A stretch of DNA of 61,617 nt from a virus (lineage: Duplodnaviria > Caudoviricetes), in the IMG/VR virus record IMGVR_UViG_3300037755_000275, positions 1 to 61,617 of that record. One strand, given 5' to 3'. Below the pieces are notes generated by a model. That model did no database searches, had not been told where the DNA came from, and saw only the letters and a list, made by a program, of their open reading frames with translations. Both the position numbers and the translations under genes were made by a program. Below are positions 28,970-37,940 of the stretch, in pieces. Position 1 is the stretch's first letter. The number at the start of each line of letters is the position of its first letter.

Positions 28970-30490
28970 TCAGATGCCAACATTGTTGAACCCCCCGACC
29001 CCACCGCCCGGCTGAATCGCACCGCACGCCACTTGGCTTGCCGTCAACGTCCCAGGAAAGAACTGGCTCAGCCCTGGAGGCCATGACTGTATCGTGAAAT
29101 TGGTTACCCTAGGCGTGAAGTCCCCAGTAACCTCATCCACATACAGCGGGTTGATGTTGATGACATTAGGCCCAAGGATGAAACCGCTGACGTTGGCCAG
29201 ATTCGCCGCTCCACCTAACCCATAGCAGTTGAAGTCCACCATAGCTGACTCCCGCTCTATGTTCACCGCTCCACCTGTGTAGCTCACCCCCGTAGTGTTG
29301 TTCGTCAACAGATTTGATGCAAACAGCAGATTGGCAATTGATGCCTCATTCGTAATACTCACCCCGGCTACATTGTCATCAAATGTGTTGAACAACAGTG
29401 CCCTGTAGCCAGTGAACTCATCGTAGGCCAGCGTGACTCCAGCCGTTGTCTGTCCCCAGAACACATTGCCCAACAGCCGGAGGGATACAGTCTGACTTCC
29501 GGTGGCCGGCCCGCTGAATCCAACCCCATTGTCCTGGAACACGCTGGCGATGACCGTATAGATGGCCGTGGATATCCCTGTGGCTACAATCCCGGTCGTG
29601 TTGTTGCGAATCAGACTGCCCAGGATAATCCGATCATTGTTGATCCAACTGATCCCGGTCTCAAACGCGGATGCCACTGCGGGTCCGCCTATGATCGTGT
29701 CCCGGATGATCTGCTGTCCGGTCAGATCCAGTGTCAGACCAATCGTCCCGGCCTTGTTGGCATTGCTGTTGTTGAACTCAATACCCACGATGTCCGCCCC
29801 TCCCAGCCTCAGACATGTGGCCCCGGTAAAATTGCACTCGATAACCGGCCTTGTTCCCCCCAGCGCCACGCCATAGAACCCGGACCCGCTTGTACTGGCC
29901 ACCTGGGCTCTTGTAGCAGTCCAGACGTAATTAGGTCCCTGGTTGACCACAAATATCTGCCAGCCACCCGCCGCCGCGCCATGGGTCCCTGAATTGTGAT
30001 CCCCCAACATGTCAGCGGCCAATTGTACTTCCACATTCAGCAACCGTCCACCAACTGCACAGTCCACCGCCGACACTGCCGCGATGTTGAATGAGTTCTC
30101 TACAGTCAGAGTGTTGTTGTCGGGCACAGCCAGTATTTCGGTGAACTGCCTTCCTGCTGCCGTGCCCAGGAACAAGATTCCACAATTCTCCGCCCCTGAC
30201 GTGGTACACGCATTCCCGGCCGGGAGCACAATCCCATGTGCTGGCCATTGAATTGTTGTACTCGCAGCACCATTGGTGTGACACGTAGCCAGCGCCGTCA
30301 CTGGGCTCATTGCTTCCGGGCTCCCGCTGGCATTCGGCGTAGGCGCACCATTCACGTTGTCCACAAAGATTGATGCCTGACTGCCCTGTGCCGTCTGGAC
30401 AAGCAATCCGAGTCCCACCAGCCACAGTAGAGCAAACAACCAATCCAGCACCCGGATCAGCCTGGAGGGAGATTTGAACAAATCAGACAT
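28970..30490 (-). CDS. Putative spike/receptor-binding beta-helix protein 1 (signal peptide)
   Basis: WLFALLWLVGLGLLVQTAQG; pectin-lyase-like repeats NNTTGI, DNGVGF, FNTFDDNVAGV; NPLYVD..GDF. Confidence 0.7.
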   Translation of the reverse strand: MSDLFKSPSRLIRVLDWLFALLWLVGLGLLVQTAQGSQASIFVDNVNGAPTPNASGSPEAMSPVTALATCHTNGAASTTIQWPAHGIVLPAGNACTTSGAENCGILFLGTAAGRQFTEILAVPDNNTLTVENSFNIAAVSAVDCAVGGRLLNVEVQLAADMLGDHNSGTHGAAAGGWQIFVVNQGPNYVWTATRAQVASTSGSGFYGVALGGTRPVIECNFTGATCLRLGGADIVGIEFNNSNANKAGTIGLTLDLTGQQIIRDTIIGGPAVASAFETGISWINNDRIILGSLIRNNTTGIVATGISTAIYTVIASVFQDNGVGFSGPATGSQTVSLRLLGNVFWGQTTAGVTLAYDEFTGYRALLFNTFDDNVAGVSITNEASIANLLFASNLLTNNTTGVSYTGGAVNIERESAMVDFNCYGLGGAANLANVSGFILGPNVININPLYVDEVTGDFTPRVTNFTIQSWPPGLSQFFPGTLTASQVACGAIQPGGGVGGFNNVGI

Positions 30491-30647
30491 TCTCTACTCC
30501 CTCTCCTTTTTCATCTTTGACTGCCGGTACCTATTGAGCGTCTCCCGGTTGTCCTCCCACAACTGGACCAACTGCTCGTAGCTCAGCCCTTCCAGTTCCC
30601 TGTCCAGTTCCCTGACTTTCTTTTCCCGTTTCATCACCCTCTCCCTT

Positions 30648-31856
30648 TTACTGATATGTACACACCACCGTGACATCCTGCCCCGCCACGCCGCTCCCCA
30701 CCTGTGTTATGTCAATCGTATAAAAATCATCTAACGTGGCACTGGGCGTTGCAAACGTCTGGACATTCGCCGCCACATTCTGACCAGCCGCAATCCTTAG
30801 ATTCCCACCCGGCACAAAAATACTGGTCACCCCATTGTGCAGCACGTCAAACACCAGGTCCGCCCCGGTCGGCGCTGTCTTCGCCTGTGCCAGACACATG
30901 GCCAGACTGATTGGCCCAGTCACAATCACCCTGTTGGTGATATTCGTATCCACCGTACATGGACTGCCCAAGCAAATAGCAAACGTGGCCCTGGCTGCCT
31001 GACCACTCCCCCCAAACGGCGGCAACAATTCACAGAACCCGGTCGGACCCAACGTACAGATAATCTCCCCAATTGGAAACGGCATCCCGGTGTAGTCCAC
31101 CCGCATGGGCGCATTCAACGGCGTCACGGCCAGACTATTCACGCGGAACGCCCGCCAGCTCCCATTGGCCCGCACCATGTTGAAACGGCCAACCCCTGCC
31201 GGTGTCTCCACGTTGGCAATCACCACATCCGCTGAAATAGGCCGCCAATCACCCCCGGCACAAAACGGAGGATCGGGGCACGTATCGCTTGCCTCAATTC
31301 TCACTTGGATCGGGTCCACGTCCGCCACGGCCAGCGGAAACTCCACCGATATCAGACTCCCACCTTGCGACTGATTCGGCATCACTACGCTGGGTATGTC
31401 GTCTGAAATGGTGTCACTCACCCCTGTGCCGCCTGACACGTAGGCCCCATTGCCCACCGTACCAGTCAGGCTGAATGTTGTAGGCGTAATTACCGTGATG
31501 GCATTGTTGGGAACGTTGCAGGCAGTATTCCCCACTACCCCCGTAATCGTAACCAGCGACCCCGCATCCAGTGGCATGAACTGCATGTTCCTAAACGGCA
31601 GCTCGTTGTCCTCGTTGAACGTCGATGGGTCTCTCACTGTCACCACAATGGGCGTGGCGTTACTACAGTTTGTCACCACAAAATTACGTTGATATGCTGA
31701 CTGAAACACCACCTCAGGACTTTGTCCCTTGAGCATCACTGCCCCAAGCACCAGACACAGCACGGTCCATGCGCCAAAGATCAGCCAATGGCCATACTTC
31801 CGCCGCCAGTCCTGTTCCATCTGCTCAAATTCGTTCAACTCATCACCCTTTTTCAC
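30648..31856 (-). CDS. Multi-domain putative virion protein with N-terminal signal/TM
   Basis: WLIFGAWTVLCLVLGAVMLKGQ; SNATPIVVT...GAYVSGG module; C-terminal KTAPTGADLVFDV..IDITQVGS beta domain. Confidence 0.65.
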   Translation of the reverse strand: MKKGDELNEFEQMEQDWRRKYGHWLIFGAWTVLCLVLGAVMLKGQSPEVVFQSAYQRNFVVTNCSNATPIVVTVRDPSTFNEDNELPFRNMQFMPLDAGSLVTITGVVGNTACNVPNNAITVITPTTFSLTGTVGNGAYVSGGTGVSDTISDDIPSVVMPNQSQGGSLISVEFPLAVADVDPIQVRIEASDTCPDPPFCAGGDWRPISADVVIANVETPAGVGRFNMVRANGSWRAFRVNSLAVTPLNAPMRVDYTGMPFPIGEIICTLGPTGFCELLPPFGGSGQAARATFAICLGSPCTVDTNITNRVIVTGPISLAMCLAQAKTAPTGADLVFDVLHNGVTSIFVPGGNLRIAAGQNVAANVQTFATPSATLDDFYTIDITQVGSGVAGQDVTVVCTYQ

Positions 31857-32206
31857 GCCCTTTTCCTCCCCATCTCCATCGCCCACCGTCCCGCCATGAA
31901 CGCCACAGTATCCCCCACATGATTCCGCATACTGACATCCCGGTGCTGTGATGGAAACACCTGCCCCTCCACTACCTCATACGCAGTATGTAGAAGTAGA
32001 GCCTGCCACCACGTACCCACCAACCCGGCGCTGACCATCCCCCATGCAAAATGGCTCCAGGTCCATTCATTGAACAACCTGGCCTGTGCCGTCTCGTGGT
32101 ACCACGGGACATCAGGAGCGGGGGGTATCACATGGGGATAGGGATAAGCCGCAGTGGGCGGAATCACTTCCGCTACCGGCGCGTAGACTGTTTCGGTGCC
32201 ATTCAT
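31853..32206 (-). CDS. Small membrane protein with conserved H/E/N/D residues
   Basis: WTWSHFAWG...HTAYEVVE...NHVGD. Confidence 0.6.
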   Translation of the reverse strand: MNGTETVYAPVAEVIPPTAAYPYPHVIPPAPDVPWYHETAQARLFNEWTWSHFAWGMVSAGLVGTWWQALLLHTAYEVVEGQVFPSQHRDVSMRNHVGDTVAFMAGRWAMEMGRKRA

Positions 32207-32237
32207 TTTTATGATTAAAACACCGTAGCCCGTGGCA

Positions 32238-32684
32238 TCACTTACGGTTCAAGAGCCACAGGGCGATTCCGGCTCCTATGATCCATGGGAGGTAGCTGGC
32301 CACGTCCATGCCCTGTAAGTTGTCCAGGATGCCGCCTACCCGGTCCGTGGGACATGGGGCAAACTCACAATTAGGTCCAGTACGTCCAACCACAGAGCCG
32401 TCTGGGCAGGATTTGGCGTCCATGGGACACATAACGTTAGTCAGTATTGGGGGAGTCGGCAGTGGCACTGCTTGCCCTGTAGTCCGTAGCAGTTCTAATT
32501 GCTGCTGTGCTTTCTGTTGGGCCAACACACTGGGCTTCCAGGTAGATTCATCCAGAAAGATCCCAGTTGGTGGGCCAGGGGGAGGCGGTGGGGTAAACCA
32601 CCAATCCATGCTGGGGTCGGACAATGGTTCACTACCCGGCGGCGGTGGAGGCTGCCCAACACCCTGGAGATAGACCATGGCCAT
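32238..32684 (-). CDS. C-terminally anchored membrane protein with a Cys-rich CPDGS module
   Basis: LQGVGQ; CPMDAKSCPDGSVVGRTGPNCEFAPCP; WIIGAGIALWLLNRK. Confidence 0.7.
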   Translation of the reverse strand: MAMVYLQGVGQPPPPPGSEPLSDPSMDWWFTPPPPPGPPTGIFLDESTWKPSVLAQQKAQQQLELLRTTGQAVPLPTPPILTNVMCPMDAKSCPDGSVVGRTGPNCEFAPCPTDRVGGILDNLQGMDVASYLPWIIGAGIALWLLNRK

Positions 32685-33178
32685 TAGAACACCCACCTGT
32701 TGTCGCGTAACGTGACGAAGGGCACTACCGGGACGATGGCTCCCGTGTACCGTGCTGTCAGTTCCTCACCACCGGGAGTATCTATGGTCATGTTGGCACG
32801 CATTGACCGGAACACCCCGTAGTAGGTTTCGTAGGCATAGACATCGGTCACTCCAGGGATGCCATTGTCCAGTACAGGTACATCCGTCACACTCGGTCCC
32901 ATGGGTTTCCAGCCATCGCCCAGGGGCTCACAGTCGTAGCTACACCATTCAAGGCGGATGCTGATACCGGCTACGGCTATGATTTCGCCGGGGAATGTCA
33001 CCTGCAACGTGTGCATGGCTTGGCCGACGTTTCGGAAAGGGGCTGATACCTGTGCCGTAGTGATCCCGGCGAATACGTTTTCAAATACGACCTGTTGGAT
33101 CACGTTCTGAGCGCCGAGGTAGGTGAACCCAGACGCCAGTAGCAGGACCAGGGCCGCGATCTGTGGATAGCCTTTCAT
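32684..33178 (-). CDS. Secreted beta-rich protein, paralog of the 30648-31856 core domain
   Basis: Signal peptide ...GFTYLGA|Q; shared N..Q...V.FP....I..R.E...W.P pattern. Confidence 0.65.
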   Translation of the reverse strand: MKGYPQIAALVLLLASGFTYLGAQNVIQQVVFENVFAGITTAQVSAPFRNVGQAMHTLQVTFPGEIIAVAGISIRLEWCSYDCEPLGDGWKPMGPSVTDVPVLDNGIPGVTDVYAYETYYGVFRSMRANMTIDTPGGEELTARYTGAIVPVVPFVTLRDNRWVF

Positions 33179-33208
33179 GGTGTCACCACTGCGTTGCAGG
33201 ACAGAGGA

Positions 33209-33565
33209 CTACGGTGGGTCCAGAGTCAGTGTCAAGTTCTGGGGACTGTTGGGTGTCACTACCACCTCGGCGCAGTTTGACGGTGTGCTCTCCACCGGAG
33301 ATCCATCCACCGTGACCTGGGCCGTCACCTGATAGCTCAGCCGACCAAATGGCACATCCGAATCCGTGTGTGTCTTGACTGTCAGGTCCGCCGGATTGAT
33401 CTTGGCAAACGACCCTGGCCCGGTACACGCCCCAGCCTTACGGTAAGCATTCCAACTCATGCCGGTCTGCTCGTCTGGTTGGCTCCAATTGAGGATGACG
33501 TTACGGGCGCAGGCCACCGCCGACATGGACAACAGCAGTGATAGGATGATGAGTAGTCTTTTCAT
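33209..33565 (-). CDS. Secreted FN3-like protein
   Basis: MKRLLIILSLLLSMSAVACA; VILNW...YR...YQVTA...ESTPSN...PQNL. Confidence 0.7.
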   Translation of the reverse strand: MKRLLIILSLLLSMSAVACARNVILNWSQPDEQTGMSWNAYRKAGACTGPGSFAKINPADLTVKTHTDSDVPFGRLSYQVTAQVTVDGSPVESTPSNCAEVVVTPNSPQNLTLTLDPP

Positions 33566-33625
33566 GTATTCCCTTTCACCTATTCCCTTTTTTCACCTAC
33601 CAATCGAAGTACTGTAGGCTATGTC

Positions 33626-34633
33626 CTACCAGTCAAAAGACACCAGCACGTTGGCCAGTGTTTCTCCAGCCGTGCCCAGGATCACCACGGTCAGGATGTC
33701 ACCACCGGAGATGTTCAACCGTGTTGAGGTGTTGGAACAGGTAAGGCCGGTCCCAATAGTGCAACTCAGTCCAGTAGCCACGCCATTGCGTAGTAATGTG
33801 ACCACGCCGGACGCCGCCGTCACCCCGCCCGTGACTGCTACGGCACGTAGATTGGTGGCTTGACTAGTACCTGCCACCAACAGTTGGTTATTCAACCCGG
33901 AGCTGGTGTCGTTGCAGGCTGTGCCAACCGGCTGATAGGGCATGAAAATCTGGCCGGATGACACGGTGCCAGTGCATAGACTTGACACTGTACTCCCACG
34001 GGTCACTGCTGTGGTACGCCCACTGGTCACGAATGCCGTGGCAAAGCCGTTACTGACATCAATGGACGGTGCCAGGGTCAACTGGGTGCTGTCCACGGGG
34101 CCGACTACTGTCAAATACGGATAGGCCCTGGACTGGTTGTCCATGCCAATGGTGGCATTGACCAGGGGTACCGCCGTCCCCAGTGTATATGCCTGTAACG
34201 CGGCCCCAGTGTCGGTCACGGCCCTGGTGGTCGTGGCCAGAGTCAGGCGGCATGTACATGGCACCGTCAAACCAGTCGTGTTGACCAGCTTGAGCAGATC
34301 GTAGGTCGTGGCACCTGGCACTGCGCTCCAGGTCACAATCACGGTATTGGACGCGCTGATAGCACCAGCCCCGCGCAACGTGGCAGGCTGACTCAGCACG
34401 ATGCCACGGGCCGTGGTTGCCACCACAAAGTAGGTGATGTCATTCGGACCATTTGGCCCAGAGTAGCTGATGTTGATGTTGGCCGGGGTCGGCGGGTCCT
34501 GAGTCATCGGAATCTGTTGGGCCGGCGACGGGATGAAGTTCCCCTGGCCATAGGCGGACCACGGAAGAACCAGCACAGACAGCAGTGCCAACGCGGCAAA
34601 TGTTTTTCTGATCGTATTCATTGTCATCTCCAT
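33626..34633 (-). CDS. Secreted beta-rich putative virion protein
   Basis: Signal peptide ...LVLPWSAYG|Q; VTWSAVPGATTY; C-terminal LLRNGVATGLSCTI. Confidence 0.65.
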   Translation of the reverse strand: MEMTMNTIRKTFAALALLSVLVLPWSAYGQGNFIPSPAQQIPMTQDPPTPANINISYSGPNGPNDITYFVVATTARGIVLSQPATLRGAGAISASNTVIVTWSAVPGATTYDLLKLVNTTGLTVPCTCRLTLATTTRAVTDTGAALQAYTLGTAVPLVNATIGMDNQSRAYPYLTVVGPVDSTQLTLAPSIDVSNGFATAFVTSGRTTAVTRGSTVSSLCTGTVSSGQIFMPYQPVGTACNDTSSGLNNQLLVAGTSQATNLRAVAVTGGVTAASGVVTLLRNGVATGLSCTIGTGLTCSNTSTRLNISGGDILTVVILGTAGETLANVLVSFDW

Positions 34634-34684
34634 TTCCCTTTTGTTACTGGTTTACGTCCATGGTCTACGGACTACGGACCACAG

Positions 34685-35266
34685 CTACGTGTACCTCATC
34701 GGTGATCCACCACGCGGCCAATAGAACCCAGCCACGTTACAGATAATCCTGGTCCCGGCTGGCACAATCGGGCTCCCAATCGCATGGGTCACCGTATACT
34801 GCAACGTCTGGTCGCTCTCAACCAGAATGCCTCCGAACACCGTCCGTGGCTGCTGCAACGACCCCAGCGTGTTGCGGATATCGGAATAGTTCCGTACCGG
34901 CGTCCCCTGCAACGCGGCCGCACCAATGCGGATACGCCAGATCAGGTTGCCAGACCCTTCCACGAACCCTGGTCCGGTGAACAGATTCGTGACCGCCAGG
35001 ATGATTCCGTCATAGCCAAACGGAATCTGGTACGTGAGCACCAGTGTTTCCGTACCATTCGCCGCAGGAGTCACGATGGACCGGAACTCATCAAAGGGCA
35101 GCCCGCCGGGAGGCATCTCGATCCATGGGTAGGGCCAATAACCCTGTTCCCTGGTTTCCTGCGGCTCACACACGCCCTGGAGATTCCCATACCGTGCCCG
35201 TAGCGCCGCCAGCCCCTTCTGGGCCGTGTACGTCTGCCATGCATCGTTGATTGAATACGGGGTCAT
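34685..35266 (-). CDS. Putative single-jelly-roll minor capsid/penton protein
   Basis: Alternating beta strands (VLTYQIPFGYDGII, LIWRIRI, LQYTVT, ICNVAGFYWP). Fold inferred. Confidence 0.5.
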   Translation of the reverse strand: MTPYSINDAWQTYTAQKGLAALRARYGNLQGVCEPQETREQGYWPYPWIEMPPGGLPFDEFRSIVTPAANGTETLVLTYQIPFGYDGIILAVTNLFTGPGFVEGSGNLIWRIRIGAAALQGTPVRNYSDIRNTLGSLQQPRTVFGGILVESDQTLQYTVTHAIGSPIVPAGTRIICNVAGFYWPRGGSPMRYT

Positions 35267-35296
35267 TCCATTGTCTCCGTTTCACTGACCACGGGC

Positions 35297-35971
35297 CTAG
35301 CGCCTGCCTCCGGCCCCACCATTCTGACCACCGCCCGGTATCGGTAGATCCGTGGGCAGCGTCTTGGCCCAGTCCCCTGCCCGGCCGCACGGCTCAGCAC
35401 ACCTGATACACAATTGGCACCGCTGGGCCGCAACATTGTTGTTCGTGATGTACACATCGATCATGCCCACCAACCGTTTGGGTGGCGGCAGCACCACGTA
35501 GGGCTCAATCAGCACAGGGAACAACAGATCCGGCGGCGTGTTCAATGGCCTCAACGCGGTGGCCCTGGTGCCTTCCGCGTCAAAAAAGTCATATCCCGCG
35601 CAGGTATCCCTGACCTTGACCGTGAAATCATTCTCTGTACCATCAATGGCCGCGAACTGCCAGCCGTAGATCACCGTTCCCGGCCTCATGGGCTGCTGGT
35701 ACCGCAGGGTCCCAAATGCCTCAATGGCAATGTTCAAGTCATGTGGCACCACGTAGGTCTTGCCCCGGTACTGCTCCCGGCACGACCGCAGCTCATCCAA
35801 TTGCCCCAGGTACAGTGCAAATGACTTGTAGGGCAAATACCTCAGCGCCGCGTTCATCGAAAACCCGTCCGCGATAGTCACTGCCGGTGCCCAGGTCATG
35901 TCCTGGTCCATCAAGCCAGCCATCTGATTCCGTGGCTGTGGCCGTCGTTGGTTTTTAATCATAAAAATCAC
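35297..35971 (-). CDS. Putative single-jelly-roll capsid paralog
   Basis: FTVKVRD, LIEPYVV, IDVYITN, QLCIRCAEP; strand pattern like its neighbours. Confidence 0.5.
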   Translation of the reverse strand: MIFMIKNQRRPQPRNQMAGLMDQDMTWAPAVTIADGFSMNAALRYLPYKSFALYLGQLDELRSCREQYRGKTYVVPHDLNIAIEAFGTLRYQQPMRPGTVIYGWQFAAIDGTENDFTVKVRDTCAGYDFFDAEGTRATALRPLNTPPDLLFPVLIEPYVVLPPPKRLVGMIDVYITNNNVAAQRCQLCIRCAEPCGRAGDWAKTLPTDLPIPGGGQNGGAGGRR

Positions 35972-36022
35972 ACCCCTCTGTCCATCACCTGTGTAGTGTC
36001 ACCTGGATATGTCACCTGTCAC

Positions 36023-36913
36023 CTAACACGGAACACGGCGTACTCCCTGGAATGAAAACTGGTAAGACTGGTTGCCACCGGCCGCGTTCAACAGGCTGGT
36101 CAATTCAAACTCAATATTGGACCCGAATGGGTACACGTAGGTCGGGACCGGGAACACGGATTGGAAATTCAACGTGTTCTCAAAGTAGTTGACCCAGCGG
36201 GCTGGGTGTGGCTGTGAGGCCAGGGCGCGGTAGCCAGTCGGGTCGAACAGGAGAAACAGGAACGGGTCAAGGCCCAATGACTGGGGTAGACCACCATTGC
36301 CGTTGCCGCCATCTTCCTCAACCACTGGGATGGCATGGACGCAGATTTTCTGCAACTCAAAGTCGTATTCAGTGATTGGGATACTGAATCGGCGCGGGGC
36401 AGCTCCAGCGTCAAAGAAAAAGTTGATGGTCACGTCCAGTTCATACGAGTATGGGTGTTCGTAGTACACGTAATCGGATTGGTAGATACCCCAGTCCCAT
36501 TGGCCTTTGGGAACACGCTTGATACCCTGCCAGCCGATGAATGAGATTTCGTTGCCGTCTTCGTTGACGGCCTTGACCACATTCTGGAGATCGAACCGGA
36601 TCATGGACTGGACAGGGAAGAACTTTTCCGGGACCACTGTCCAGCGGTTGTTGGCGTTGACCAGTAAGGGAGTGCCGCCAGCGCCATGCTCTACACCCAA
36701 CCCCATGGCTTGGGACTCAGATGGGTTATAGTAGAGCCAGCGTGAGGCCACCGTGGCCATGCCGACCACGGAGCGGAGATAGAAGTCTGCATCAGTGATG
36801 TTGATGATGTTGCCGGATGGGCTGGTACCATTGGTCAAGGACCGTCCGTCGAATACCCAGAAGTAGGGAATATCGACCATGCCCTCTGGCGTCTTGTAGT
36901 GTTGTTCACGCAT
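36023..36913 (-). CDS. Tandem two-domain capsid-like protein (duplicated jelly-roll unit)
   Basis: Both halves match the 142-aa neighbour: ITDADFYLR / ITEYDFELQ, and WQGIKRVP / FQGVRRVP. Confidence 0.6.
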   Translation of the reverse strand: MREQHYKTPEGMVDIPYFWVFDGRSLTNGTSPSGNIINITDADFYLRSVVGMATVASRWLYYNPSESQAMGLGVEHGAGGTPLLVNANNRWTVVPEKFFPVQSMIRFDLQNVVKAVNEDGNEISFIGWQGIKRVPKGQWDWGIYQSDYVYYEHPYSYELDVTINFFFDAGAAPRRFSIPITEYDFELQKICVHAIPVVEEDGGNGNGGLPQSLGLDPFLFLLFDPTGYRALASQPHPARWVNYFENTLNFQSVFPVPTYVYPFGSNIEFELTSLLNAAGGNQSYQFSFQGVRRVPC

Positions 36914-37283
36914 CCTGGTTCACCTTGCCATCCCAGAACTTCTTGCTACGTTCCCTGGCGTCCAAGTCAGCACATAGCCCAAAGTCGCCGTGATTCTTGC
37001 CACAGAATAGGCAACTGAGGCCGTCCGGCATCCGGCCTACGTCAGCCCATTGCTCCGTAGTCACCGGACGGTGCAAGTGCTCAGCAAAACAGTCATCAAT
37101 GTCAGTGCCGCGTCCTGGCCGGTTCATGATCTGGTTATTGACTGGACACCAGTATGCCTCAAACTTGGGTCTGGGCATGAGCCGTGTCAGCAGCCCCAGG
37201 CCCAGTAGCATCCATGGGTTCCAGTCACCTGAGTTACTGTTCTTTCGTCGTTTCCTGTTAGCCATCACCTTTCTCCTTTTCAC
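36906..37283 (-). CDS. Basic N-terminus + TM hypothetical protein
   Basis: RKRRKNSN, WMLLGLGLL, CLFC. Confidence 0.5.
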   Translation of the reverse strand: MKRRKVMANRKRRKNSNSGDWNPWMLLGLGLLTRLMPRPKFEAYWCPVNNQIMNRPGRGTDIDDCFAEHLHRPVTTEQWADVGRMPDGLSCLFCGKNHGDFGLCADLDARERSKKFWDGKVNQDA

Positions 37284-37712
37284 CTACGCAATAGCAAATC
37301 GCTTGACCCCCCGGAACAAAATCTGGATCGTGTTCTCAGCAACGGACAAGTCAGCGATGTCAATGCCAATCTTGCCACCGGCTGGAATAATAACTTCCGG
37401 GAACTCCGGGTAGGGACTGGACGGATTGCCCTGGATGTTCGTATTGATGATCCGGCCGCTGGATAGCCAGTAGTCATCGGAGTCGCTGAATCGTACCGAG
37501 AACGCCCCGGTAAACAGGTTGATGACCGTTGCACGCCAGGGGAAGTCAGCATCGTTTTCGACGGACAACTGTGTCTGGAGGACCTGTGACGCGGTCAACG
37601 TCACGTTGAACACGTAATCAAATGACTGGTCCTTGTAACCGCCCGGTACGTCCAGTTGGCCAATGCCGTTGTAGGCCGGCGGCGCATAGGGATTGATTCC
37701 TGCACGGAACAT
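37284..37712 (-). CDS. Putative small single-jelly-roll capsid protein
   Basis: FDYVFNVTL, ENDADF, FSVRFSD, PEVIIPAGGKIGIDIADLS, IQILFRGVKRF. Strong RBS AAGGAGA. Confidence 0.6.
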   Translation of the reverse strand: MFRAGINPYAPPAYNGIGQLDVPGGYKDQSFDYVFNVTLTASQVLQTQLSVENDADFPWRATVINLFTGAFSVRFSDSDDYWLSSGRIINTNIQGNPSSPYPEFPEVIIPAGGKIGIDIADLSVAENTIQILFRGVKRFAIA

Positions 37713-37754
37713 GTTCTATCTCCTTATCTGTGTGTCGTCATCCGGCCTCAATAA

Positions 37755-37790
37755 ATGGACGGGGAGCCGACGAAAACCCCCCGTCCAGGG
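37755..37790 (-). terminator. Hairpin/attenuator downstream of the candidate major capsid gene
   Basis: TGGACGGGG...CCCCGTCCA followed by TTTATT on the minus strand. Confidence 0.5.
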
Positions 37791-37940
37791 TGATGGGCCG
37801 ACTCAGTTAGGGACCCCCGGCCAAGAGAGCACCTATCATGTCGGCAGGAGCAGGAACCGGACCTAGGAGGCGCATCCGGTTCCCACACTCAATGGTGGGT
37901 CAGTAACCCAGCCTCTTAGTCGTTAGACCAAGGACTATGG

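Noticed and set aside
27451-30490. Diversity-generating retroelement acting on the spikes
   Set aside because: No reverse transcriptase and no near-identical TR/VR pair were seen.
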